Assembly: GCA_025594325.1 (NCBI GenBank) | Contig: JANHCV010000010.1 | Coordinates: forward strand, 1,302,001 to 1,366,000 | Direction: 5' to 3' | DNA from: Blastocladiella emersonii ATCC 22665 | Lineage: Eukaryota > Fungi > Blastocladiomycota | Length of the DNA: 64,000 nt | Shown: positions 11,531-22,849 of the stretch, piece after piece | Position numbering within the stretch: position 1 is the stretch's first letter | Layout of the letters: every line of letters starts with the position of its first letter | The notes under the pieces: generated by a model | What the model saw: only the letters and a program-made list of their open reading frames with translations | What the model was told of the DNA's origin: nothing | Database searches by the model: none | Program-made: the position numbers and the translations under genes

Positions 11531-12491
11531 CTAGGCGGTGATCGCTGCGACTTTGTTATCTAAAAGCTTGATCATCTCGTCCCGCGCGGCCGAGGCGAGG
11601 TGCGGCCGCTCGAGCATGCCCGCGAGATCGAGGAGGTTGTCCCACGCGTGAAGGTCCATGGCGTCGAGGTCGACCTTGAGCTTGGTCAACGCCTGGCGGA
11701 TTGCCACCGTAACTTCGTCGCCAGGAACCCAGCCGCAATACAGATGAACGAGTGCGATTGAGAACGCCGTCGGCTCCCACGCGGGCATCGGAACAGGTTT
11801 GTCGCGGTCGCTCCACTTAGCCGAGAACAGGGTCGCGAAGAAAGGGGAGGCCGACGCGAGGATGGCTCGGGACGCGCGGATCTTGGTCCCGGTGCTTCCC
11901 ACGACAAAGACCACGTCCGAGAGGTTCGGGTCGTTGAGCGTGTCGACGAAAGTCGGCGTTGGAGCCGCGGTGCGGGTCCATAGGGCTTTAGCGCTATCAC
12001 AAACGACGGTCACCGAGGTCAAATGGGGAGGTTGTTCAGCGAGCATCAACGGGTCGATGGAGACGACCCGGATCCGACCGCCGCAGGGCAACGGAGGGGC
12101 AATCAGCTCGCAGCTAATCGGTTGATCTTCGCGACCCTTGCAGTGAATCCAAAACTGGAGGGGAGAAGGAAGCCCCAAATCGGACGCGGTCACGGTCAAG
12201 CTGAGATCCCAGGGCTTCTTTGGCGCCGCTCCGTTTGGGTCGTCGTCGCGCTCGCGGCGCAAAAAAGCAAGAGTTAAATCGGCTCCGCCAAGGTGTGGTA
12301 ACAACGTAGTCGGGGGAGTCTTAAACGTGTCTCCCTTCGCCATCAAAGCGCGGAGTGTGTTCATCGGCCGGAAAATGTATTTCCGTCGAGACTCTCGTCA
12401 CAATCGAGATCAAAGTAGACCTAGATGCGAGGCAGATCAACATAAATTTTGCTTTGCATGAAGTTACATGACAGGTTACCAGCTGATTCAT
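11531..12491 (-). pseudogene. BTB family copy 2; 1-nt frameshift near 12383 (could still use ATG 12364)
   Basis: Micro-exon ATGAATCAGCTG (12491-12480), 59-nt GTAACC...CTAG intron. Exon 2 VYFDLDCDESLD goes out of frame at GAC GG AAA TAC; the BTB domain downstream is intact. Confidence 0.75.
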
Positions 12492-12656
12492 GGTGTCGAG
12501 AAGGGTGAGGGGAGAGACAGCCGCAGCGAGGCGGAGGCGACGAAAACTTTGGAAGTGGCGAACCACGTGGATCGTCCTGCACTTGAACGACGCGCTCAAG
12601 CCGGCACCGAGCTGTTGCCTTTGCATAAACAACTATGAACCAAAAAGCTCAATTTA

Positions 12657-13700
12657 TTACTTCCCAACCATTTTGAAACAAAAAAAACATCGCACGCTAG
12701 TTGCTCGACTCCCGGGTGCTGGTGATTGCACCGACTTTTTTGGTGAGCAGCGCCATTGCCATGCCTCGAGCCGCAACCGCAAGTTCCGGCCGCTCGAGCA
12801 CCTCGGCAAAGTCGATCAAGTTGTCCCATGCAGCAACGCTGACAAGTTCAAGCTTGATGTCGAACTGAGTTAGCGCGGCCGCGCCGAATCAGGAATGTCT
12901 CTCGAGCCAGGAAGCCACCCACAGTACATGTGAATGAGGGCGATCACGAAGGCGGTCGTGTGCCAAGCTGGCAACTTGATGGGCGTGTCGACGCCGGTCC
13001 ATTCGGCGGCGAGGAAAGTGCGAAAGAAGGGAGAGGAGGTCGCCAGGACCGTCTGTGACGCACGAACCTGGGTCGCGGCCTCGCCGACCAGGAACTGCAC
13101 ATCGGAGAGGGCTGGGTCGTTGTGTGCAGGCAGTTGCGCGATACAGATAGCATCAAACGTGGTTTCCTTGCTGCCACTGTTACCGTTGTTCGCATAGCTG
13201 ATTAAGTCGCTCGTAGTAACGGATACATTAATCGCGGCGAGCTTTTTGGGGCCGCCCCAAGCACTGTAGTTGGACAGCGAACGAGCGCGGGCCCACGGAC
13301 AAGATGGCTGCACGACCATGGTAATCGTTTCCTTGATGGATTTGTTGAAGTGATGGTGATGGTGATGTCGGCGATGACCGGCGAGGTCAAGCCAGCACAT
13401 GTCACAGCGAGCCCAAGCTCCCAGTGCGAGGAAATCGGGTTGAGAGTGAACGGGCTAGAAGACGGGGTGGGACGCCGAACGACGCTCACTTTGAAGTCGA
13501 GGGGGGCAAACTTGAGTCAAGACCCTGGTCGTTGGCGTCAGGACTATCTGAGACTTGGACTTTCTAAGGACAGCCGGGACGGCGACGAACATCCGCGTAT
13601 CGTCCGCGCTTGGAGCGGCGACGGTGAACGCAATCTACACTTTTCGCAGTCATTCGCAGGTCACAGTATCTGAGGGGACGTGCGCATAACCTACCGGGAG
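12657..13700 (-). pseudogene. BTB family copy 3; about three frameshifts, no clear start codon
   Basis: Intron 13694-13635, then IAFTVAAP...TQVCP. Frame breaks near 13503 (C run), 13345 and 12883. The BTB C-terminus AAALTQFDIKLELVSVAAWDNLIDFAEVLERPELA lies in another frame, ending TAA 12657. Confidence 0.8.
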
Positions 13701-13989
13701 AGCAAAGACTTGGAGTGGTCCGCCGCCTCTTGAAGCTCCAGTGGAACGGCTTGCTGCAGCCGTCTGTCTCCAATCTATGTACTTCATGCATGTATCCTGC
13801 TCACGTTTCTCACGCGTGTACGCACATACCCACCAACACGCAAGCACTTTCATCACGCATTCCCAATCCATGGACATTAAGCCAGTGCACTCCGCTAGTC
13901 CGTGATTGTGGCGGCCGTAGCACACGTCCCAGTATTTGGCTCAATTACACTCGCGAGCACCAAGTTTCTTGTTGATATCGGCCTGACTT

Positions 13990-14370
13990 TCTCGCAACGC
14001 TGTCGTTGGTCATCAACTTGAGGGGCTCGAGCGAACGGCGCTTGCTCAACTGTGAAACCACGCGGGTGCGCGGACGAACGACGTGTCCCGTATTTGAGTC
14101 GAGCCCAGCATTCTCGCACCACTAGCCGGGCATCGATCAGAGGAGGTTGTCGTGGGCTTAATGGAAGAGGAGTTGTCTCAACCGCGAAGCCTCGCGTGTA
14201 CCGATGAGCGAGGCATGCTCCAGTTGAACTTGAATAGCGCTTCTCGGCTTCCTCGCTGGCCATTGACTATTTGACAGCGTAGTGGCGCGTGTGCGGATTT
14301 GACGCCTCCCACCGCCAAGTCGCGCGTGCACCGATGAGCGCTGCGAGCCACACACATTGTTTTCGCTCAA
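13990..14370. repeat. Second copy of the degenerate repeat block, downstream of BTB copy 4
   Basis: ggggctcgagcgaacggcgcttgctcaactgtgaaaccacgcgggtgcgcggacgaacgacg matches 11190-11255; also cgcgaagcctcgcgtgtaccgatgagcgaggcatgctccagttgaact. Confidence 0.7.
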
Positions 14371-14430
14371 ATCAACACAGTATAGTCAAGACGATCATGA
14401 TCAAGTCCTCGTCACCGCCAAACGAGCGCT

Positions 14431-15400
14431 CTAGGCTGTAAGCGCCGCGACTTTCTTGTTCACCAGCTCCATGATCTGGTCGCGCGCGGCCGAAGCGAGA
14501 CGCGGCCGCTCGAGCATGCCCGCGAGATCGAGGAGGTTGTCCCACGCGTACAAGTCCATGACGTCGACGTCGACCTTGAGCATGTGCAGCGCCTGCATGA
14601 CCGTCCCCGAGACTGGAGTGCCAGGAACCCAACCGCAGTACAAGTGGACGAGGGCAACGGCAAAGGCGGACGGATTCCACGCGGGCATTGGAATGGGCTT
14701 GTCGCGGTTGCTCCACTCGGCCGAAAACAGAGTAGCAAAGAAAGGGGAGGCCGAGGCGAGGATGGCTCGGGACGCGCGGATCTCGGTCCTGGTGCTCCCC
14801 ACGACGAAGACCGCGTCCGAGAGATCCGGGTCGTTGAGCGTGTGCACGGAACTTGGCCCGGCAGCCATGCTGAACACTTGATCCGGGGTGCACAGGACAG
14901 CAAGCGAGGACAACTTGTCCGGCTCGTCAGAGAGAACGAAGGGATCGATGGTAATCACTCGGGTCCGACCGTTGCTGGAGAGCGTAGGCACAAGAAACGT
15001 GTCGGTAAGTCTAGTACCGTACGACTCGCATTGAACATGAAACCGGAGTGGGAATGGCAGGCCCGAATCGGCTGCGGTCACGGTCAAGCTGACGTCCCAA
15101 GGCCGCTTGCGCGCACTTCCATAGCCATCGTAACCCCCAGATTGGTTGTCATTCTCGCGCCGCGTGAACGCAAGCGAGAACCCAGCTCCACCATAGCGGG
15201 ACGACAACTTGACGACGGGAGTCTCAAGCAATGTCGACGCCTTTCCGCTCCAAGATCCACTTGACAGCACAATTGGCTCGAAGCGATAGTCGCCGTCGGC
15301 AGCATTGTGGCGTTTGAGCGCAAAGGCGACCTGGATGCGGGATAATTCAGCTAAAAGTCACATTGCATGGAGTTACATGGAAGGTTACCCGTCGGCTCAT
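14431..15400 (-). CDS. BTB family copy 4 (intact); exons 15400-15389, 15330-14431
   Basis: Micro-exon ATGAGCCGACGG, 58-nt GTAACC...CCAG intron, VAFALKRH... open through the BTB domain LNDPDLSDAVFVVG...WDNLLDLAGMLERP. Confidence 0.85.
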
Positions 15401-15753
15401 GATGTGCGGTGGTGCGTGTGGGGAGAGGAGGAGGCGGCTGTGGCGCGGACCAAAGCGATCGCGGCTTGGAACTAGTGCGTCACGTGGGTCGACGTGCACA
15501 TCAGCAACGCGCTTCGCGTTCCCATCAGCACTTGAACGCACGCTATCGAACACACCGCACAGAAAATGGGGTTATGGGTTGAGATTGATAACCATTGCTC
15601 TTGCGCTTACTCCTCCAAGTGCGCACGCGTCGTCCGCAGCGGGCCCACATGCGAGCTGATCGCGAACTCCCAACGTAAATTAATTTGATGATACATTTTG
15701 CGCTCAAGTATGAGGTTCCCACATTACAGCCACAACCATGGCGAGAGTGCCAA

Positions 15754-16582
15754 TCAGAATTGTGGTAAATCCGAAGAAACTGATTCGCGTGAAGTTGATT
15801 CTGCTTGAGATGACTCGGGCCGGCGTGATTCGGGGAAAGATAGTTCTACTCGACTTGATGCTCCAACCCCAGGGAGAGTAGCTAGTTGCCTATCAATTGA
15901 GACCGTCCCCATGTCCCGAGCAGCAGCAGCGAGCTCTGGTTGCTCAAGCATTCCGACAAGATCGATCAAGTTTTCCCAAATGGCGACGCTCAAAGCATCA
16001 AGATCAATCTCGAACTTGGCTAGCGCGGTGGCGATTGGAGTTGGGACGTACGAAGCGCCAGGTCGCCACCCGCAGTACATGTAGATGAGGACAATTGCAA
16101 AGGCCGCAGGGTCCCACGCTGGGAGCGTGATGGGTGTTTCGCGACTGCTCCATTCGGCGGCAAAAAGTGCGCCAAAGAAGGGTGATGCGGGCGCGAGGAT
16201 CGCTCGCGAAGCGTAAACCGGGGTTGCGGTCTCGTCTACCAGGAACATCACGTCCGAAAGGTTAAGATCGTTGAGTGTCGACAGCGGCGAGGTGCAGATG
16301 CCACCAACATTGTCTAAATCAGTCGTCGTAACGGGGGAGGAACCGAGACGCCGAGAGACGGACAAGTTGAACTCAATGGGACACACTTGAGTCATGAAAC
16401 TGGTTCTTGGAGTCGGGAACGATTGCTATTTTGTGGATTCTAGTACTGCTGGGATAGCGACGAAGTCCCGCGCATTATCCACGTTGATAGGCCCGAGAGA
16501 AAACGCAATCTGTATTTCAATCGTTAGCTTTGACCACGGCTGCTGGCGATTACATGCGTAAATACACCGGGTAGAGTGACAT
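15754..16582 (-). pseudogene. BTB family copy 5; in-frame TAG at 16428-16426 and a shortened N-terminal domain
   Basis: Micro-exon ATGTCACTCTACCCG (16582-16568), 58-nt intron with GCTAAC branch point, IAFSLGP...ESTK*QSFPTP...; BTB intact downstream. Confidence 0.8.
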
Positions 16583-16785
16583 GGCTAGCCCTTTACGCAG
16601 TGAGTATGGGCTCGAAGGGAGCCGTGCACGATTAAAGGAGAGCAGGAACATTTAGTGCTCCGCCGCCTCTTGCTGCCGTGTTCTGGCTCTCACGACAGTG
16701 CATCGACGGCAAGGAGGGACAGGTACAACCAGTCAAAGAACAAGAAACCCTTCACTATTTCAATGGAAACCAGCAATACAGACCA

Positions 16786-17760
16786 CTACTTTCCCGCGTT
16801 GGTGAGCGCAGCGGCCTTCTTGGTGAAGCAAGCGGTGCCCATGGTCACTGCAGCGGCGATCAGCGCCGGCCGCTCGAGCATGCCAGCGAAATCAAGCAAG
16901 TTGTCCCACCGCGACACCGAGAGCGTCGACATCAACCTTGGACTTGGTGAGCGTGGCCGCAATCACCTCGGACGGCTCAGAGCCAGGGACCCATCCGCAG
17001 TACAGGTGCATGAGGGCGATCACGAACGCAGCCGCGTCCCAGGCCGGCAGCTCGATGGGCGTAGCGTGGTTGCTCCAACGAGTCGAGAGGAGGGCGTCGA
17101 AGAAAGGTGACACACTAGCAAGGATAGCTCGCGAAGCGTGGACCTCGGTCGCGGTAGGACCGACCACGAACAGCGCGTCCGAAAGGTTCGGGCCGTTGAG
17201 CGAGCGGACAAGCGTATCGCGGCCAGGACCGACCTCGCCGTTGTCCGATCCAGTCATATTTTCGGTTACGGCGACGGAGAAGGAGGCAAGGTTCGAAATA
17301 TTGCCCCAGAACGAGTACCCCGAGGTCGAGTACACGCAAGCGATAGCCGACGACGCGAGCACCACCGCGGCAACATGGTCAAGCGTAGAATCACCCGTGG
17401 CGGACGTGCATGTGATGGCAAAGTCAGCAATGACCGAGTCCGTCAAATTTGGCGCGCACGCGAGGATGCAGACGTCCCAGTTCGTGGGCACCAGATTGAA
17501 CGAGCCGTCTACGTGAACGTAGCGCCGGATGACGGCCAAGGAGAAGTCCACGCGGCAGTCGCGGATTGTGAAACTGGCCGTGGGTGTCCGGAAGGCGCCG
17601 CCTTTGTGGGCCTCGACTAGGTCCGGGAGAGCCGCGAAGGTGCGAGTTCCACCCGAGCTCTCTGAGGCGAGCGTAAACCCAACCTATATTGATTGAACAT
17701 GAGTTGCTGGTTGCATTGTATTAGGTTACATGAGGTGTGACCGACCGGGTAGTTTGACAT
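16786..17760 (-). pseudogene. BTB family copy 6; frameshift near 16909 removes the last BTB helices
   Basis: Micro-exon ATGTCAAACTACCCG (17760-17746), 62-nt intron, VGFTLAS.... At GTC GCG G TGG GAC the conserved WDNLLDFAGMLERP continues in another frame to TAG 16786. Confidence 0.8.
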
Positions 17761-17923
17761 GTTGGTGGTAGTGGGAGAGCGAGGGGGCTGCGACCCTGGC
17801 TGCGACCTTCACGCTTCTTGCCGCACCCCATTTCTCAGCGTGACAGGCACGACTTGGTTCCATGCACTCCGACGCATATATTGTGTACACGTTCCTCGCA
17901 CCCACGCAATCACCGCTACGGGC

Positions 17924-19236
17924 TCAGTCCACGGGGTCGAGCTCGGGCATCCACGCGCCAGGTGTCCGCTCATCGCCCGCGGCAGCCGACGACGACGCCC
18001 CCGCACTCGACGCAGCCCCACCGCGCGCAGCGAGAGCCGCCGCCTCAGCGCGTGCGGCGTCGCGGTTGATCTCCCACTCCTTGACGACGTCGAGGCGGCA
18101 CGTCGGGCAGGTGCGGTGGAGCTCGAGCCAGGGGACGAGGCACTCGTCCTTGTGGAACAGGTGGTCGCACGGCAGCTTGGTGACGGTCTCGGCGAGGGCA
18201 AACTTCTCCTGGCACACGGGGCAGTCGAGGCCCTTGTCGACCTGGGCCGCGACGATCTCGACGTCGGGGAGCGACGACAGGAAGGTCTCGGGGACGCCCT
18301 CGTCGCGCGTCGGGTTGTCGGTCGCCTGGTCGTGCAGGCGCGCGGCGATGGCGTCGAGGTGCTCCTGGCCGAACGCGAAATCGCCCAGGTTGAACCGGCC
18401 CGAGTTGCCAACGGGCACGCCGATGGCGTTGAGCAGCGTCGACAGGATCGGATTCAGCTCGATGTTGAGCGGGTCCGCGTCACGCGCGGGACCGGCACCG
18501 GCACCGGGCGACCGAGACCGCGAGCGTGATGGCGAGGAGCTCGGGAAGGCACCGGGCTGCGACTGCTGCTGGGTCTCTGGTGCGCCCGGCGGGAAGGCGG
18601 TCGGGATACCCATGAGCATGGCGAGGAGGTCGCCGAGGTCGACCTGCTGCGGCTCGCCGAGCTGTGGTGGCGCGCCGGGCCGGCCGCGATCCGACTGCGC
18701 CCCGTTCCTCTGCTGCTGCTGCTGCTGCTGCTGCGCCGCCCCGGCCGTCGCGGCCGTGGGCGAAGCTGGCTGCTGCTGCTGCTGAGCGGCCTGTGGTGCG
18801 GCGGCAGGTGGCGCCATGGCGGCAGCAAAGAGCGCCGAGAGCGGGTGCTCGGGCACGGCGTTCCCGTGGTCGATGTGGGCGGTGGCGGCGGCGAACAGCG
18901 GGTGCAGGGCGGCGCCAAACGGGTTGTCGAACGGGTTGCCCTCGTCGTCCTCGGAGTACTCGCCCTCGCCGTCGCTGCCCATCATGTCGGCGGGAGCGAC
19001 CTGGCCGGCATCGAGCTACGAACGAGCATGCGAGCGCGGGTGGCGTCAGCCTCTCGTGGCCGGCGCAGCAGGGCGGACCGATGGGCCGGACGGACCTCCT
19101 CGAGAAAGTCGGAGCCGCACGCGATGCAGACGGGTACGGCGCCGTCGGCGGGCGCAAAGTCGGGCGCGAGCGTGGCCGTCGCCTCGCACGCGTGGCACCA
19201 GTAGACCGGTGGTGGGATGGGTCGCGAGCCAGACAT
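17924..19236 (-). CDS. RNF126/RNF115-like RING-H2 E3 ubiquitin ligase; exons 19236-19096, 19015-17924
   Basis: N-terminal zinc ribbon YWCHAC...CIACGSDFLEE; C-terminal RING-H2 CPVCQEKF...LPCDHLFHKDECLVPWLELHRTCPTCR; polyQ tracts. Confidence 0.9.
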
Positions 19237-19624
19237 GGTTTTGCAGGTGGTTGCGTTGGTTTTGGTTCCGTAGCAGATATGGGCGTAAGTTGCAGGGAGA
19301 GAGAAGGCGGAGGGAGGGGCGAATCGGCCTCTGTCAGCGAGCTTGCCTCGCAGCGCGGCGCGTTTTCGGCTCGGTTCCATCACGTTCTGCTCAGCTGACC
19401 ATGGTTTCAGCCATTGCGCGCCGGCACGGGACGCGCTGCGCCACGCGGTCACCACCGATGTTGATGTTCACGGCCGTGCTGACGTTGGGCTCGACCCTGA
19501 GCGATCCATCGTAGCGCAGGTGAGTGCCGCCCGCCCCTATATAAGCCAGACCGCGCCCCGCCCTGCCCCTCGAGCCTCCATCTCCACGCATCATCCCACC
19601 ACCCCACCCTCAACCTCGCCCATC

Positions 19625-20670
19625 ATGGCCAAGGCCAAGCAGCAGACCAACATGTCGACGTCCGACCAGGTCAAGTCTTTCCTGATCGACCTCGCCGCCG
19701 GCGGCACAGCGGGCGGCATCTCCAAGACCGTCGTCGCTCCCATCGAGCGCGTCAAGCTGCTCCTCTAGACCCAGGACTCGAACGCGCAGCTCGCCGCCGA
19801 CAAGCGCTACAAGGGAATTGTCGACGCCTTCCGCCGCATCCCCGCCGAGCAGGGCTTTGCCTCGTTCTGGTACGCACTCGCATTGCGCTTGACGCTCGCT
19901 CTGATCCCGAAAACTAACCGACCGCCTCGTTTCGCACGCTGACCAGGCGCGGCAACATGGCCAACGTGGTCCGCTACTTCCCGACGCAGGCGCTCAACTT
20001 CGCCTTCAAGGACAAGTACAAGCAGATTTTTGTGTGCCACGACCCCAAGACCAACTTCTGGAAGTTCTTTGCGGGCAACATGGCCTCGGGCGGCGCCGCG
20101 GGCGCGACCGGCCTTCTATTCGTGTACCCGCTCGATTTCGCGCGCACGCGCGTCGGCGCCGACGTCGGCAAGGGCGCCGAGCGCCAGTTCAACGGCCTGG
20201 TCGACTGCATCACCAAGTTCTACAAGCAGAACGGCGGCGGCCTGTCGGGCATCAAGTTGCTGTACGGCGGCTTCGGCATGTCGGTGACTGGTATCATTGT
20301 CTACCGCGCGTTCCTGTTCGGCAGCTACGACACGGCCAAGGCCGTCTTCCTCAAGGACACCAAGAACGTGCCGTTCTGGCAGAACTGGATGATCGCCCAG
20401 GTCGTCTCGACCATCGGCGGCGTCGTCTCGTACCCGTTCGACACGATCCGCCGCCGCATCATGATGCAGGTCGGCCGCAAGGCCGCCGACGTCCAGTACA
20501 CGTCAACGCTCGACTGCATCCGCAAGATGATCAAGAACGAGGGCCCCGGGTCCTTCTTCAAGGGCGCCCTCTCGAACGCCATCCGCGGCTCCGGCGGCGC
20601 CCTCGTACTCGTCCTCTACGACGAGATCCAGAAGGTCGTCGGTTTCCAGGGCGGCGCTGGCGGTGAGAAA
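19625..20670 (+). pseudogene. AAC: ADP/ATP carrier (ANT/AAC) pseudogene; intron 19870-19946
   Basis: APIERVKLLL*TQD (TAG 19766-19768 where Q is expected), W|[28 protein letters not shown] in place of RRRMMM. The probable stop now reads AAA at 20668-20670, giving readthrough to 20883. Confidence 0.88.
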
Positions 20671-20895
20671 TTTTTGCTCGCTCGTCGCTGCGCGCAACTG
20701 CGCGACGACTCGATCCTGCGTACCAGGCGAGTCGTGCATCTTTGTTTCCATCATTCACTACCCCACCCCCACCCCACCCCACGCTTGTCGTCGTTGTTTC
20801 AACTGGAAAATGTATCCGAAAAACGGTTGTTGTTGTCGATCCCCCACATGTTTTGCGATAGCGGTCCGCTGTCTTGCCGCTGAGCAAACCGGCTC

Positions 20896-22849
20896 GTGTG
20901 GTCGGCGATCCCGCCGCTCCCCGAGGACCAGCGCATCGACATCACCTTCGACCAGCTGCGCTACGAGGTCACACTCGGCGGCAGCGGCGGCAAGTCCGCC
21001 AAGCGGCGCACCATCCTCCACGGTCTCTCGGCCGCGTTCAAGGCCGGCCGGCTCACCGTGATCGTGGGCTCGAGCGGGAGCGGGAAGACGTCGACGCTCA
21101 ACGCGATTGCGGGCGAGACCACGTCGGGCCGGCTGACGGGCAACCTCTACCTGAACGGGCAGCGCGCGACGGGCGCCGACATGAAGCGCGTTTTGGGGTT
21201 TGTCCACCAGGACGACGTGATCCTGGCGACGCAGACGGTGCACGAGGCCGTGACAACGTCCGCGCGGCCGCGGCTGCCGTCGGACATGCCCGAAGCCGAG
21301 CGCGCGCGGCGCGTCGACGAGACGATCGCGATGCTCGGCCTCAACGCGTGCCGCGACTCGCTCATCGGGTCCGCGACCGCCAAGGGCATCTCGGGCGGCG
21401 AGCGCAAGCGCTTGAGCATGGCCATGGAGCTGATCACGAACCCGCCCATCCAGTTCGGGGCTCGACTCGTACAACGCGTGGTCCGTCGTCCAGCTGCTCA
21501 AGGACCTCGCGCAGAGCGGACGGACCGTCGTCGCGACGCTGCACCAGCCGTCGTCCGAGATCTTCCAGCTGATCGACGACCTCTGCATCGTGTCGCAGGG
21601 CGAGATTATGTACCTCGGCCCCGCCGCCGAGTCCGTCGCGTATTTCGCGCGCGCGGGATAACCGTGCCCGCAGTACTCGAACCCCGTCGACTACTTTTTC
21701 ATGGCGAGCCTCAACACTGCCGCGGGCGCGTCGGGCACCACCGCGTTCGGTGCCGCGCCGGGCCCGTACACGGCCGAGGACCGGATCCCGCGGCTGCTCG
21801 AGGCGTGGAAGTCCTCGCCCGAGTTCGCGCGCGTCATCAAGGCGATCGCGCGGCCGACGCGCACGGGCGGCATCTCGCGGTCGTCGTTCAAGTACAAGTC
21901 CGGATTCGCCACGCAGTTCCGGGTGCTGCTGTCGCGCGCGGCGCGCAACGTGGCGCGGCACCCGCTCATCGTTAAGGCCAAGTTCGCGCAGTCCGTGTTC
22001 ATCGGGCCGCTCGCCGCCGCGCTGTACTACGGGGTCGGCGACCGCAAAATGGCTGCGCAGGTGCAGGACCGAGCGGGCCTGCTCTTCTTCCTCGCGATCC
22101 AGCAGGTGCTCAGCAGCGCCATGGGTGTCGTCGCCATCTTCTCCGCGGAGAAGGAGGTGTTCCGCCGCGAGTACGGCGCGCGCTACTACCGCCTCCCAGC
22201 GTTCTTCCTGTCAAAGATGGCCGTCGAGCTCCCGTTCCAGATCCTCATGCCGGTCATCCTCGTCGCGATCCAGTACTGGCTCGTTGGCCTGCAACCCGAC
22301 GCCGTCAAGTTCATCATCACCTCGGCCGTCACCGTGTCCATGGCGCTGTGCGGGACCGCCATCCGCACGCTCATCTCAGCGTCGGTCGAGGACCTGCACG
22401 TCGCGCTCGTCCTGATCCCGCTCGTCCTGATGCCGCAGATCCCGTCGAGCGGGTACCTCGTCAGCGACATGCCTGACTACGTCGACTGGCTCAAGTGGCT
22501 CTCGCCCATGAGCTACGGCCTGGTCGCCTACGTCAAAAACGAGTTTGAGGGCATCTCCGTGTGCCCGACAGCTCGCGACGCGGACGACGTGCGCGCGCGC
22601 GGCGAGCGCGGGTGTATGCCCGGCGAGCACACGATCACGGCGCTCGGGTTCGACGACCGCGGGTCCGTCGTGATCAACGTGCTCGTGCCGTACGCTATGT
22701 GGGTCGGGTTCACGTTGATGTCGTACCTTGCACTGTGGCGCCTCGTGCGCAGCAACAAGCACGTTGAGATTGAGCCGCCATCGGGCAAGGTTAAGGTGGC
22801 GGCGGAGGAGGATTCGGGGCTGCTGCTTGGGGAGATTGCAACCGAATAG
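20896..22849 (+). pseudogene. ABCG (White-like) half transporter pseudogene
   Basis: Walker A GSSGSGKT and signature ISGGERKR are present. Walker B LDEPTS is missing with a frameshift near 21456. In-frame TAA at 21659-21661. The ABC2-type membrane domain is open to 22849. No usable ATG at the 5' end. Confidence 0.88.

Noticed and set aside
5367-21661. RIP-like hypermutation as the cause of the pseudogenes
   Set aside because: A few stops fit C-to-T changes, but others are transversions (TAC to TAA, TAA to AAA, ATG to ATC) or indels, and no TpA excess is evident.
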